In this document: piece after piece, positions 24,964-38,169 of the stretch
How the letters are laid out: each line of letters begins with the position of its first letter
Numbering within the stretch: the first letter of the stretch is position 1
Assembly (NCBI GenBank): GCA_043228905.1
Contig: JBHGNT010000009.1
Span: 5,704,001 to 5,768,000 of the forward strand
DNA from: Azolla caroliniana
Lineage: Eukaryota > Plantae > Polypodiophyta
Direction of reading: 5' to 3'
Length of the DNA stretch: 64,000 nt
Notes under the pieces: generated by a model
Seen by the model: only the letters and a program-made list of their open reading frames with translations
The model's database searches: none
What the model was told of the DNA's origin: nothing
Program-made: the position numbers and the translations under genes

Positions 24964-26432
24964 GTAAAGAACTCTGAGTCGACTGGTAAGGATCGAATTT
25001 ATGATGAGCAGACCCAACCGGCAAGGGACCGGTTAGCACTCGAGGAGCCAGCTGATTACAGTGAGGATACCGAACCGGCAGAAGAAGAAGTAGAGGAAAC
25101 TGAAACCGGAACCGGCCTAGACCCCGAATCGGATTCAGATGAAGAGAAAATGGAGGAGCCGGTTACCGAAGCCCAGACACGGAGATATCTTTTTAGAGAG
25201 AGAAGGGCCCCCCGGATATTTTCGGATGCAGAGCATGTGCTACTAACCGATGAGGGGGAGCCAGAAAGCTTCGAAGAAGCGAAGGATGACACCCACAACC
25301 GAAAATGGTTAAGTGCCATGCAAGATAAGATGGATTCCCTACATGAGAACCATACGTACGAATTGGTGGAGTTGCCGAAAGGAAAGCGGGCACTCCGAAA
25401 TAAGTTGGTGTACAAGTTGAAACTGGGAGATGCTGGCAACCCCCCAAGATACAAAGCCAGGATCGTGGTGAAGGGGTTCCAGTAGAAGAAGGGCGTGGAC
25501 TTCGACGAGACATTTGCCCCGGTAGTAAAGATGACCTCCATCCGGACGGTGCTGAGTATAGCAGCAAGCATGGACCTCGAGGTAGAGCAGCTGGACGTGA
25601 AGACGACATTCCTTCACGGAGACCTCGAAGAGGAGATCTACATGCAGCAACCGGAAGGATTCGTGGAGAAAGGGAAGGAGCACCTGGTTTGCCGGTTGAA
25701 GAAGAGCCTCTACAGGTTGAAGCAGGCCCCCTGGCAATGCTACCGGAAGTTCGACTCCTTCATGACCGATCAAGGGTACCACAAGACACAGGCCGATCAC
25801 AGCATGTTTGTGAAGAAGTTCGAAGGAGGCGACTTCCTGATACTCCTTCTGTACGTGGATGACATGTTGATCATCGGACGGGACCAAGTCAAAATATGGA
25901 TGCTGAAGAAGGCTCTCAACCGGACCTTCTCAATGAAAGACTTGGGTTCGGCAAGACAGATGCTAGGGATGCATATCATCCGGAACCGGCCAACGAAGCA
26001 ACTGTGGCTGTCACAGGAGAAGTACGTGACAAAGGTGCTTCAGCACTTCAACATGTTGGAAGCGAAACCGGTCGGATCGACACTCCTGGCAAACTGCAGA
26101 TTATCCGGTAAGCAAAGCCCGAAGATGAAAGTAGAGAAGGCTGATATGATGAAGGTTCGATATGCCTATGCCGTCAGGAGCTTAATGTACGCAATGGTGT
26201 GTACCCGACCGGATATAGGATACGCAGTCGGAGTGGTCAGCCGGTTTATGAGCAATCCCGGCAAGGAGCACTGGAACGCAGTCAAATGGATAGTCCGGTA
26301 CTTGAAGGGCACTTCGAATATGTGTCTCCGATTCGGCTCCGGTAAACCTCAACTTGACGGTTTTACCAATTTGGACATGTCGGCTGATGTGGATAGCAGC
26401 CGGTCTACATCCGAGTATGTAATGACATTTGC
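24964..26432 (+). pseudogene. pol: C2 linker and RT
   Basis: ORFs 25150-25485 and 25495 onward (QLDVKTTFLHG, YVDDML). Confidence 0.9.
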
Positions 26433-27796
26433 GTTTGTAAAGGTCGACTCGTTTCCGCATCGTCCTTCTTTTTCGCATTCCTTGTTTCATGTCTTTTTGA
26501 TGGGCCTTGCTCTTCTATTCTTTTTCTCTTTTCTTCGACGAACACCTCGTGGTTGTCACACATCACCGCCACGAGTATGGTGTTGTCGTCCACCGGATCC
26601 GACCATTCGGTTATACTTTGTACACTTCGATCCGCAAGCTCTACTTCATTCGAAGTGACTTTTCCCTTCTTCTCATATTTGAGAACGGAAGTCCAAAACT
26701 TTGCTCCCGCTCTAGCAGCTTCAGTCTTGTCTTTCCCGATTCTTATTCCAACCGACGCAGCATAGTCCATTGCATCCACATGAGTCGCATCGGCATCCTC
26801 CATAGCTTTCTTCATTCCCCCTCTTTCAAAATTCACCCGTAGGGGTCTTCTAGTCTCGCTCGAGCAGATCATGTTGTCATCTATGTACACGATATTTTGT
26901 CGGATCGCCTCTCGAAGGCTCGCGCAATCCCTTCTCATGTGGTTCATGCTATCGCACCACACACATCTAAAAAGTTCTTTTCCTTTGGGCCCCCGACGAT
27001 TCATGTTGGCTAGCGTGACCTTCTCGAACTTCTTTGCCAGTTCTTCGATGACGTCATCACCAATCTTCTTTTCTTCCACGTCACATTGTTTTGGCGGCTC
27101 AGCTACTTTCGGCAGTCTTGCTTTCTCCGTAACAGTCGATCCCGCCAAGTCGGTGTCATCAACCCACTGACGACGCTTGTCGAGCCTATTGCATGCTCGC
27201 TTTACCGGAACCCAGTCCACCACAAGCCCGTTCTCTTGGGTATCATCTTCGAGAAGAGTCCCCAACTCCCTTCTATCCTTCATGTCCACGGCCTTCAGGA
27301 AGTACAAAGTCTTGTCCTCTTCAAGTAGCACTTGATCCGTGTTGGGGAGACGACCAAACATCTGGTCGAATTCATCGTACACGCTCGAGGCGCTCATCTT
27401 CTTATTCTTCTTCTCTATCCACTTCATCAGGGCATGTCGAGTCATCCTTGTTGAGTCTTTAGTTGCGAACTCCGCTAATATCGTTTTCTCGAACTCATAC
27501 CATGTTGTCTTACCTTCTTGAAGTTCGATGATGTTTCTTTGAACGTTGTTGGCGACAACTCTCTTGAAGCTTGCGATTTGACGTGCTTCGGACACGTCCC
27601 TCTAATTCATTTCCCTTCTATATGCATAAAGGAACTTCGTAACGTTCCTTCCATCGAATTTGCCCTCGAGCTCTACGACACGATTGACAGCCTTCTCCAC
27701 GCTCACGTCGTATTCCCGAGATCTCATCATTTGCTCAACGATTAGAATCATCCTTTCGAGCTCTCCCACTTGGTTGCTTGAGGATGCCATCTCCAA
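26430..27796 (-). pseudogene. gag: Gypsy D gag
   Basis: Homologous to E gag; CCHC knuckle; one internal stop. Confidence 0.88.
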
Positions 27797-27857
27797 GTAT
27801 TAATCTCGGCTTGATCCTTCCTACCGCCTCTTTCATGTCGGGTTCACCACTTAATTA

Positions 27858-29022
27858 TGTCGTGAAGATCCATCACTATGCGTGGATCGTGAGGCGGAAC
27901 CGCCAGGGTTCTGGATCGGAAGGACTTGAAGTTGGCGCAAGCTTTAGCGAGAAAGTACTTAAGCTAGATTGAAAGAGAGAGATTAAGATTGAACTCTTGA
28001 TTTTAGATTTTAAGAAACAAGTTACACGATCAATTCGATAACAAATTCTCTTCTTCTTAATTTCATAACAAAAAAAAAGCCTAACCCTTCTTCTTTCTCA
28101 TCCCTCCTTTTATAGATGCTCTCATGCATATGATGCATGTGTGGGTACAAGACATGCATAAAATGCATGTTTGCCATTTGGCGCTCATGCATTACATGTG
28201 GTGCATTATAACCATGTCACTCATTTTAGCTCTCATGTATGAGAATTTCCATGTAAAAATCCATGATAGAAATATAAATTTAACTAAATGTCATGGCTTA
28301 GTGGTAAGCTTACAGACTCTTAACTAGGAGGTGCAAGGTTCGAATCCTCACTTGCCCTCCTTGTGTATATATATGTGATATATATTTATTTATTAATTTT
28401 GTCGTCGGATGCCACCGCCGTCGCTAGCTCGTCAGATGCCGGTACCGTTGGATCACCGGCTCCGTCGGATGCCGATTCCGTCGGGTCACCAGCTCCGCCG
28501 CCGCCTCGCCGGCTCCGTCAGATGCCGATACCGCCGGATCACCGGCTCCGTCGGATGCCGGTTCCACCGGGTCACCGGTTGCCGGTGTGCCACCGTCGCT
28601 TTGCCGGCTGCCGTCGGATCACTGGATCACTGGCTCTATCGCCGGTCCGGTTTTGGTTGGCCAAAACCTTTACGAGTGGCTAGGCCACCTCCACTCTTAG
28701 TGCAAGTTACCTTGAACTCTCTATGTTCAACACATAGACAAAAAGATAATAGTTTTTTCTCTACCTTATATATGATGAGAGTCGTATTTGTCGTGCCTAT
28801 GTGTGATATCTCACAGTTTTCTCTTTTCCTTTCACAAACTTTATACCCTTATATCTTGACATCTAGTTGTCTGTTTCTCGTGTAATAAAGTGCATTCAAA
28901 AGCTCTTGAAGACCTCCATCATTTTGTACTTAGATACTTCACTATTATTGTTTTATATAATTCATACTCGAATTTGTACGTTTTATGTGATTTTCACACC
29001 ATTGCCGAAAATCTTCACAACA
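27858..29022 (-). repeat. 5' LTR of D (1165 bp)
   Basis: Terminal inverted repeat; minus-strand TATA at ~28107-28113; GC-rich minisatellite at 28400-28680. Confidence 0.88.
28294..28357 (+). promoter_or_regulatory. tRNA-like Pol III cassette in LTR D
   Basis: A-box TGGCTTAGTGG at 28294; Lys-like loop CTCTTAA; B-box GGTTCGAATCC at 28337. Confidence 0.7.
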
Positions 29023-32000
29023 ACGTCCTATGGAAGAAGATCGGCGTAATGTTTGAGAACAAGAACGCCGTGAACCGAGTCTCAGTATTCCGAAAAATCA
29101 TGAGACTCCGGTATCAGGATAGCTCCAGTATGGCAGAGCACATCAATGCCTTCCAAGGACTAATGAACCAAAACACCTCTCTAGAAGTACCTCTGGCCGA
29201 CGAGGTATTGGCACTGTTGTTGTTGGGAACCCTTCCAGACAGTTGGGAGACGCTCGTTGTCACATTGGGCAATGCCAAGCAGGATGGGAAACACTTATCC
29301 CTAGAGCAAGTAAAGTTGAGCTTGCTTAATGAAGAAGCTCACCAGAAGGACCGAGAACCAGAAGGTCTTAGTCACGGAAGGTGACACGATTCGGAAAAGA
29401 AGCTGAAATCGAAGTCCCTAGATAAGTCAAGGACCGGATCGAAGTCGAGGGGAAGGCCCACGTGCTTCTACTGTGGGAAGTCGGGGCACTTCTAAAAGAA
29501 TTGTTGACACTTTCAAAAGCAGAAAGGTGGAGTTGATGGTGTAGAGCCAAAGAAAATCACGGACAGAAAGAACACCTCAACAATTGCTGCGAGTGAGGAG
29601 TTGTTGCTCATCATTGAGCAAAACGAAGTGAATCTCATCGGCGAAGAATCGACATGGGTGGTCGATTCGAGTGCGTCGTTTCACCTAATCCCTGACCGAA
29701 AGTGCTTCTCATCCTACAGAACTAGAGATCTCGGATATGTAAAGATGGGGAATGAATGAGCATGCCGAATCATCGGCATAGGAGATGTGTGTTTGGTAAC
29801 TTGTGTTGAAAGATGTTCGACATGTTTCGGATGTTCGAATGAACCTAATATCAGTCGGTGGGCTAGATGATGAAGTCATGAAGTTCTGGCGAAGGAGCCT
29901 AATCATGGCTCGAGCTTGAAATACCAACACACTCTACTTGATGTATGCTCGAATCTGCCGAGGGGAAGCAAACGTGGCAGCCGACACGGTCGGTGAATTG
30001 TGGCACAGGAGGTTGTGCCATATGAGCCATAAGGGGATGCGAAAGCTTGCCAAGGACAACCTCATTCCGGAGGTCAAGAATTTGCAGCTTCAGAAGTGCA
30101 CAAATTCCTTGGCCGGCAAGCAAAATTGAACATCCTTCTGATCGAGGCCTCCGATGAGGAAGAAAATGCCACTAAAACTCGTGCATACAGACGTATGCTA
30201 TGTGGATATGGTGGTTCATGGTATTTCATGATCTTCATTGATGATTGTAGCCGGACGTTGTGGGCTTCTGTGCTGAAGATGAAGGATCAAGTGTTATCCT
30301 TCTTCAAGGAGTTCCAAGCGAGGGCCGAGAGGGAAATCGGCCAAAAACTGAAGGCAGTTCGAGCGGACAATGGTGGAGAGTACTACGGGCAGTTTGAGGA
30401 ATACTACGGGCTCAAGTATACCGTGTTGAAGACAGTAGAGCTTAATAGGCTGGCTGAGAGAATGAACCAGACCGTAATAGAGAGGGTTCGAAGCATGCTT
30501 GCACATGCTATGTTGCTGAAGTCGTTCTGGGTTGAGGGGCTGATGACGACATCATATGTAATAAATTGATCACTCTTAGTACCCTAGGACGGTTCCACAA
30601 AGGGTGTGGAGTGGCAAAGATGTATCCTACCGACATCGCAGGGTGTTCGGTTGTCTTGCCTATGTGCATGTGGCAAAGGACTAGAGGGGAAAACTAGACT
30701 TGAAATCTCAATCATGTATATTTCTCGGCTACAGTGACGAAGAATTCGGTTATTGGCTATGGGACTCAGCCGATAAGAAGGTGATCAAGAGCTGAGACAT
30801 TGTCCTTATGGAGGAAATGACAATGTCGATTGGGAGATTGAGAATAAATCTCCAATTACTAAATCGAGCTGAGTCGATGCTCGGTCGAATCGAGAGGAAA
30901 TCGATTCCATCGAAATCAAATCCGAGCCAGTGAGTCGATTTAATACTCGGCAAAATCAAGAACCAACTGAATAACAAGGGGAACTGACCGATTGAGGAAT
31001 CGAATCTGACTTGGTTGAGGAAGTTCAAGAAGAACTTACCTTGCCGAACGGAGGCCGAAGATATCCCCTGAGAGAGAGAAGGGTTCCCCGGAGATTTCCG
31101 GATGAAGAGTGTGTGTTGCTAAACGATGGGGAGGAGCCGAAAAGCTTTGAAGAAACTAAGCAAGATACCCACAACAGAGAGTGGTTTCCTGCCATACAAG
31201 AGGAGATGAAATCCTTGCATGAGAACCACACATATGAGTTGACGTAGCTACCGAGAGGAAAGAAGGCGCTCCGTAATAAGTGGGTATACAAATTGAAAAC
31301 AGGAGAAAGCGGAAATCCACCAAGAGACAAAGCCTGAATCGTCGTGAAAGGCTTTCAATAGAAGAAGAGTGTGGATTTTGACGAGATATTTTCCCTAAGC
31401 ATTATGGCCAACATGGATCTAAGTCGAGCAATCTGATGTCAAGACGACGTTTTTGCACGGTGATCTCGAAGAGGAGATCTATATGCACCAGCCGGAAGGA
31501 TTCGTGAAGAAAGGTAAAGAAAACTTGGTATGCCAATTGAGGAAGAGCTTGTTTGGGTTGAAGCAATCTCCTCGGCAATGGTACCGAAAATTCGAATCCT
31601 TCATGACCGACAACGGGTACCCCAAAATGCAGGCCGATCACTGTGTGTTTGTGAAGAAATTCAACAGAGGAGATTTCCTCATCCTCTTGCTATACGTGGA
31701 CGACATGTTGATTGTCAGACGGGACCATATGAAGATTTGAGTGCTGAAGAAGGCCTTGAGTAGGTCGTTGTCGATGAAAATATGGGTCCAGCAAACCAAA
31801 TCCTAGGTATGCACATTGTTTGCGATCGAACAAAGAAATTGCTATGGCTGTCACGAGCGAAATATGTGACAAAGGTGCTCTAGAGATTTGGCATGGAAAG
31901 CGAGAAAGCGGGCTTGACACTACCGACTAACTACAAGCTAGGCAAAGATCAATATTTGAAATAAAAAACCGAGCAGGCCGAGATGTCAAAGGTCCCTTAT

Positions 32001-32622
32001 GCCTCATTGGTTGGAAGCCTGATGTACGCGACGGTATGTACCAGACTAGACATAAGATACGTAGTCGGAGTGGTCAACCGATATATGAGCAATCCCGACA
32101 GAGAGCATTGGGCTGCTGTGAAGTGGATACTTCGGTACCTGAGATGCACCTCGAGTATGTGTCTTAAATTTGGCTTTGGTAACCCCACATTGGAAGGTTA
32201 CACGGATTCAGACATGTCAGTTGATGCAGGTAACAACCGATCCACGTCTGGATACGTGATGACTTATGCAGGGGGAGCTGTTTTGTGGCAATCGAGGCTA
32301 TAGAAGGCTGTGGCATTGTCGACCATGGAAGCCGAGTATATGGCCGTAGCGGAAGCCAGCAAGGAAATAATATGGATGAAGGAGTTTATCGATGAGGTGG
32401 GAGTTCGGTAGGAAGAATTTCAGCTTTATTGCGATAATCAGAGTACCATCCATCTTGCCAAGAATGTCGCCTACCACGTGAGAACCAAGCACATCCAGAG
32501 GAGATACCATTGGCTCTGTGAGTGAGTAGAAGAGAAGGAATTTGCTGTGATGAAGATCCACATGACCGAAAATGGATCGGATATGCTGACGAAGGTGTTG
32601 TCAGCCGAAAACCTAAATGCGT
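29023..32622 (+). pseudogene. pol: C3 gag-pol, heavily degraded
   Basis: Fragment ORFs at 28890, 29938, 30096, 31011, 31453 (YVDDML) and 31983. Confidence 0.88.
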
Positions 32623-33415
32623 TGTCGTGAAGAATTTCGGTCAGAGGCGGAAACCAGGAAATGTCGGCTACATCGGCGGGGTGCAGCATGTGCACTCACC
32701 CTTGTACATTTACTGTGAATAACGAGGGCGCCTTTATGGCACTGAACAGTAGTCAAGTCAGGACAGAGAATCCCATGTAAGTCGGGATTTATCCCGCATT
32801 GTAACGCATCCCTCTCCTTGTTCTATAAAAGGAGGGAAGCGCCCTTTGTGAAGGGGTTGCCCATTTTGTATTAGTAGGGTATACCGTTAGACGGAGTGAT
32901 GTTCTCTCTCTCTTGTTTTAGGGTTTCTTCTTCTTGCTCCCCTCTTTTCTTTTCTTCTTCTTCGTCCTTCTGTGCGTCGAGCCTTGGCATCTAGCGTTAC
33001 AGTTTTCTGCCCTATACTCTGTGCAAGACCCCGTTCGGTGCAACAAGCCCGAGAGCTCCCCGACCGGTGGCTTGGCAGTAGACAACGGTTGTATCTCGTG
33101 CAGCCTAGGTCCGACTTGAAGTCGGTGTTGATTCTTGTTGTCTTGTAAATACATATACATGTGGTTGTGCATATTCGGGTCTCTGTTGGTGTGCGTGTGT
33201 GTGTCTTAGTGTTTTTTTCTTGCTTATGTACATGTTCGTGCGAGTGTCAATGTTAAGCGCCTACTCTCTCTCTCTCTCTCTCCCTCCGGTTGCTTCTAGT
33301 GTGCTCCTGAGGTGCCCCAAAAGGAGTGAAGCGCGGCTTCCTACGCTTCGTCACTCCCTAGTCCAAGACCCATGTGGTCCCGCCTTTCTCTACGCATGCG
33401 CGTAACAACGCGACA
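32623..33415 (+). repeat. 5' LTR of F
   Basis: Direct repeat of 36975-37749; TATAAAA at ~32824. Confidence 0.93.
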
Positions 33416-33452
33416 TCATTGGTGAACCCGACGTGAAAGGCGGCAAGGGAGG

Positions 33453-34559
33453 ATGGAATCGGAAGACGATGAACTCGCGGTGATGGTGGCCGAAGTGGTG
33501 TTGGAGTCGGCACGAGTGGTGATGAGGCGAGAAGCAGCGCAACAAGCGGTCGAGCGAGTGGTCGAAAGAGTCGGTCGTTTCAATGGGGACGAAGTCCCAT
33601 CTTACTTGGAAGCCTACAACACGGAAATGGAGGAGCGAGACGTGGACGAAGCATTGAGGCTGGAGTTCTTCTGTCGGGTTGTCGCCGTCTGTATGCACGC
33701 GGAAGTGAAGGAGCTCTGACAAGCTCATAGTTCGTGGGAGGCCTTTGAAGAGGCGCTCATGCAGGCATGTGGAGGACAGCGGAAGAGCCGGGGACTGCAC
33801 GACTTCGACCAGTGGGTAGCATCGGCAAAGACCCACCGGGGCGCAACGAAGGCGTTCCGAGAGTTCGAGCGACGGCTTGCTCGGCTCCTGGAGCGGGAAC
33901 AAGGTTTGGTGGGGGCGGACAAGGTCCTATTGTTCGTCAGGTCGATCGACCGAGCGGAACGGGAGGCCATCATGATTGAGCTCGAAGACGACGACGGAGC
34001 GAATGGGCTTACGGAGGACTGGTCAAAGGTCAGAAGGGTGTGCCAACGGCTAGACAACGAGCGAGCCGAGAAGGCTAAGAGGAAGGGGCGCGACGGCGTG
34101 CCATCACAGCAGGGAGAGGCCAAACGGCAAAGGGAGTTGGCAAGGGTCGGCGTTGAGGCCCGGATTGCGAAGGCATACGCAGCTCTCGAGGCGATGCTCG
34201 AGGAAGAGGAAAGATCGAGGCCGCACGCCAAGACTGAGGAGATGGACTTGCCCCACGCAATGACGGAAGATCGGTACAATGGTACCACAGGAGAGGGTGC
34301 GGAACAAAACGCCCTCTCGACTTGCGGAGATAGAACGGCCAAGGACGAGGCCGAGATAACGATCGCGGGATCAGAACATTGGAACCAACGGTGTCGGGCG
34401 TGTCAGCCCAAAACCCCGGTCATTAGAGAAGGAAGCCAAGACGAGGCTTGCGCGATCGGTAAGGAGACAACCGTCGACCACGAAGAGCCGGTGGCTACGG
34501 ACGGGCGATTCTTTGAGCCTTCCCACACTTGCTCCCGAGACGATGGCAGTCGGGCCTGA
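33453..34559 (+). pseudogene. gag: gag-like ORF of F (one in-frame stop)
   Basis: AVERVVERVGRFNG..DKVLLFVRSID..GLTEDW aligns with E gag; no zinc knuckle seen. Confidence 0.82.
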
Positions 34560-36974
34560 GTGCCCACGTGAGTCCCAAGCATAGGAAGGCGGCGGCAAGA
34601 GACCAAGAATCACCGGCGAGACGATACGGGGAAGGAGCGGACGAAAGCCCACGGACCCGATTCCGGAGAAGTCGGCATTCGGGCCCGTATGCCCATGTAA
34701 GACTGAGGAGATGGATGGCGGTACCGAGGAGTCTTGGCACGATGCCAACGAAGATGGATGGGAGATGGCCAGCGAAAAGGGCGACGAGGGGACCAAGGAA
34801 CGACCCGACCGGGGACCGAACCACGCGACGCTCCAATACGGGTGGAGCATGATCCGGTCGTGGATTGTTCGATCGGGGCCGGATTCGGCATAAAGGTGCC
34901 GAAACGGGAGAGGGTGCGGGACGAGCCGCCCTCTTTTACATGGGGAGAAAGACCGACCGAGCGAAGGTCAAGAATTGGAAGGGGGGGTGATCAAAGGTTC
35001 GGAAAGAGTCTGGCAAGATCGGCATCGGAGCTGAAACTCCGGACATTGGAGAATCAAGCTCAAGCGGGGCTTGATTGATCACAGAGCGGATGCTATCCAC
35101 CGACACCACTAAAAGGGGCGGTGGCCCGGACGAGTCGCCAAAAGACATCGCGAAATCAGTTACGCCACATCCTATCCGGAGACTACGGCTGTTCGGCCGA
35201 CGGGGCAACGTAAGACCGAAAGAGATGGAAGATGGAGGCGGGAACGCAGCAAGGAGAGTGACGACGAGTTACGGAGAAGTACGGGGGATGAAGAAGAGAA
35301 CAAAGACCGGTCCCATGAGATCTTCACACCAATCCGGCGGTCAGCCCGAGTGCCGGCGTGAGTCCTATAGGGGAGGCCGGTGGCAACAGAAAAACGGGAC
35401 CCGGAAATCCGGAGAATGACGAACGGACCCGGACGAGAACCGGGCGGAGCGAACTCCCAGATAACCATTCTGGGAGGGAGGAAGAGAGCAGGCCTACGAA
35501 GAGGCCGGGAACACGGTACGTCGGTACCACGGGAGAGGGTGTGGAGCAAGCCACCCTCTTGACTTGCGTAAGAAGGAAGACCCGGGATAAGGGTCAAGGA
35601 TACGGGGAGCCCAAGGAGGATCCTTCACACCGGATCTAGAGACTTTGGTAGTTGGCAGCGCGGTTGGCGTAAGACCAAGATACTGACGGTGGCGGCGGGG
35701 GGACAAGGGCGGGCAAACCGAGGTCCCACGAAGATCCTCACACCAATCCGGCGGTCGGCCCGAGTGCCAGCGTGAGTCCTATAGGGGAGATCGGTGGCGG
35801 CAGGTGAACGTGATTGGACAACGGAAGCAGAGAAAGAAGGTATCAGGCCGGCAAGGCGGCTACGGACCATCTCCAACCTTCCGGCAAGGTGAGTGGGTGT
35901 AAGGAAGTCCGGTCCTACGGGATCCCCACACCGAACCAGAGACTCCGGCTATTCGGCCAACGTGGCAACATGAGACCGAGAGAGGTTCGTGGCGGTGGGA
36001 AACGGGACCCGACTACGCGGAAGACACGAGGAGAATCCGGGAGGGACTCAAACAAAGACACCCTGAATTTCGGCAAGCAACGAAACGAAGACCGGTCCTA
36101 TGGGATCTTCACACCGTTTCGGAGACCACGGTTGTTCGGCCGACAAGGCAACGTAAGACCGAGGGAGAAGGAAGGTGGCGGCAAGGGACGGGACCTGACA
36201 TCGACAAAGGTCGGTAAGACGGGACGGACGAAGTGCGGAGCCCTTACCGGCCGGTTACGGTAGCGGAAGGAGCCGGTAGGGCAAACTCGGGGATGTGTGT
36301 CGGGCCGAAAAGGCACACTTGGGACGGAACAAGAATCTCGCAAGTGGCCATCGTGAGCCGGATCGAAGCATGACTACTGGACAGTGGTCGGCACGGGCGG
36401 TGCCGAACAAAGGAAGTGGAAGTCGGCACAAGGGAGGTGCCGGGAACGAGGTGACGGGTGCCTAGTGGACTGCACAGGGTCGGAGTCGGGGGATCGCAAG
36501 AGAGGCCGGAGGAGGATCCTCCACACTCGCTTCGTAGATTTCGGTAGCTCCATCGAAGTAGCGAAGACTGACACGGCAAGCCCGGGGTGACAAGATAGTG
36601 GGGGCGAGGGGACGACGGCAAGCGGAAGACTCAGGACTTGTAGCAGCAGCACGAAGACAGGAAGGGCCAACCAAGCCATTACGGGCGTTCTTCAAGCGGA
36701 GGACATCGGGCATATGGCGGAGAACGGAGCGTGCATACAGCCAAACAAGGGCCAGCGGAAGTACGCGTACTACGAAAATCGCGGCGAAGGACCCATCGAC
36801 GGGTTGAACGAGTCTACGGGGAGGTAAGTGCGAAGGAAGAACCGAAGCCGACGGTTCAAACCGGCAGCAAGCCGGGATGCGGATTACGGAAGACCGGTTT
36901 CTCACCAGCCGATATCTCTCACCCTTCACCGGATTTGGCACGTACCGATGGATGTGCAGTTTGGTGGGGGCGGA

Positions 36975-37749
36975 TGTCGTGAAGAATTTCGGCCAGAGGC
37001 GGAAACCGGGAAATGTCGGCTACATCGGCGGGGTGCAGCATGTGCACTCACCCTTGTACATTTAGTGTGAATAACGAGGGCGCCTTTATGGCACCGAACA
37101 GTACTCAAGTCGGGACAGAGAATCCCATGTAAGTCGGGATTTATCCCGCATTGTAACGCATCCCTCTCCTTGTTCTATAAAAGGAGGGGAGCGCCCTTTG
37201 TGAAGGAGTTGCCCATTTTGTATTAGTAGGGTATACCGTTAGACGGAGTGACGTTCTCTCTCTCTTGTTTTAGGGTTTCTTCTTCTTGCTCCCCTCTTTT
37301 CTTTTCTTCTTCTTCATCCTTCTGTGCGTCGAGCCTTGGCATCTAGCGTTACAGTTTTCTGCCCTATACTCTGTGCAAGACCCCGTTCGGCGCGACAAGC
37401 CCAAGAGCTCCCCGACCGGCGGCTTGGCAGTCGACAACGGTTGTATCTCGTGCGGCCTAGCTCCGGCTTGAAGTTGGTGTTGATTCTCATTGTCTTGTAA
37501 ATACATATACATGTGGTTGTGCATATTCGGGTCTCTGTTGGTGTGCGTATGTGTGTCTTAGTGTTTCTTTCTTGCTTATGTACATGTTTGTGCGAGTGTC
37601 AATGTTAAGCACCTGCTCTCTCTCTCTCTCCCTCCGGTTGCTTCCGGTGTGCTCCTGGGGTGCCCCGAAAGGAGTGAAGTGTGGCTTCCTACGCTTCGTC
37701 ACTCCCTAGTCCAAAACCCCTGTGGTTCCGCCTTTCTCCACGCACGCGC
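36975..37749 (+). repeat. 3' LTR of F (last 11 bp displaced to 45215-45225)
   Basis: Matches the 5' LTR up to the E insertion. Confidence 0.93.
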
Positions 37750-37884
37750 TGTCGGGGTAGTTGTGGTTCGTGTGGCGAAGTCGCGGGGACTAAGGTTAAG
37801 GGGAGTTGAAGGAACTTAAGTTTAATAAGGCTTGTATGGTGATGATAGAATGGTTAAGGATAGTAAGATGAAGAGTTACAAGTA

Positions 37885-37942
<58 letters not shown>

Positions 37943-38103
37943 CGAGCATAGATAAAAGATAGAGACAATGTATGATTCACGAAAGAAGATTGAGACAAAG
38001 TATGATTCAAAGAACAAGAGTATATGATATAAACATGATGTATATTAAAAATATAATATTTTACCAACTTTACAATCCTTGATCGCAAGATGAATCTTTT
38101 CAA

Positions 38104-38169
38104 TACCGACCCTGGATTTGAACCCTCGACCTCAACTTCGAAACGAGAGGTTCTCCACCCAATGAGCTA
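38104..38169 (-). promoter_or_regulatory. tRNA-like cassette, sense orientation, LTR E (copy at ~44633-44698)
   Basis: Minus strand reads TAGCTCATTGG ... GAGGGTTCAAATCC. Confidence 0.6.

Larger units (their letters stand above)
14953..26432 (+). mobile_element. Copia C2 (Tnt1/Tork-like), 5' LTR to start of RNase H, interrupted by the B2/B3 tandem, 3' truncated
   Basis: LTR ~14953-15685; PBS at 15689-15700; gag 15716 (CFYCSKPRHFQKNC); PR-INT ORFs 16263-17622; coding resumes at 24964; RT ORF from 25495; abrupt junction to Gypsy D at ~26432. Confidence 0.92.
26430..29022 (-). mobile_element. Gypsy D: 5' LTR, Trp PBS and gag; pol lost
   Basis: LTR 27858-29022 (TGTCGTGAAGAT..ATCTTCACAACA); PBS at 27832-27849; gag ORFs 27796-27602 and 27595-26405 (CVWCDSMNHMRRDC). 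Inserted in C3 gag. Confidence 0.9.

Noticed and set aside
25495-26658. RT ORF with a novel hydrophobic C-terminus
   Set aside because: It is read-through across the C2/D junction into antisense gag.
33725-36980. Many overlapping ORFs on both strands in F
   Set aside because: Expected in GC-rich DNA; no recognisable domain other than gag.
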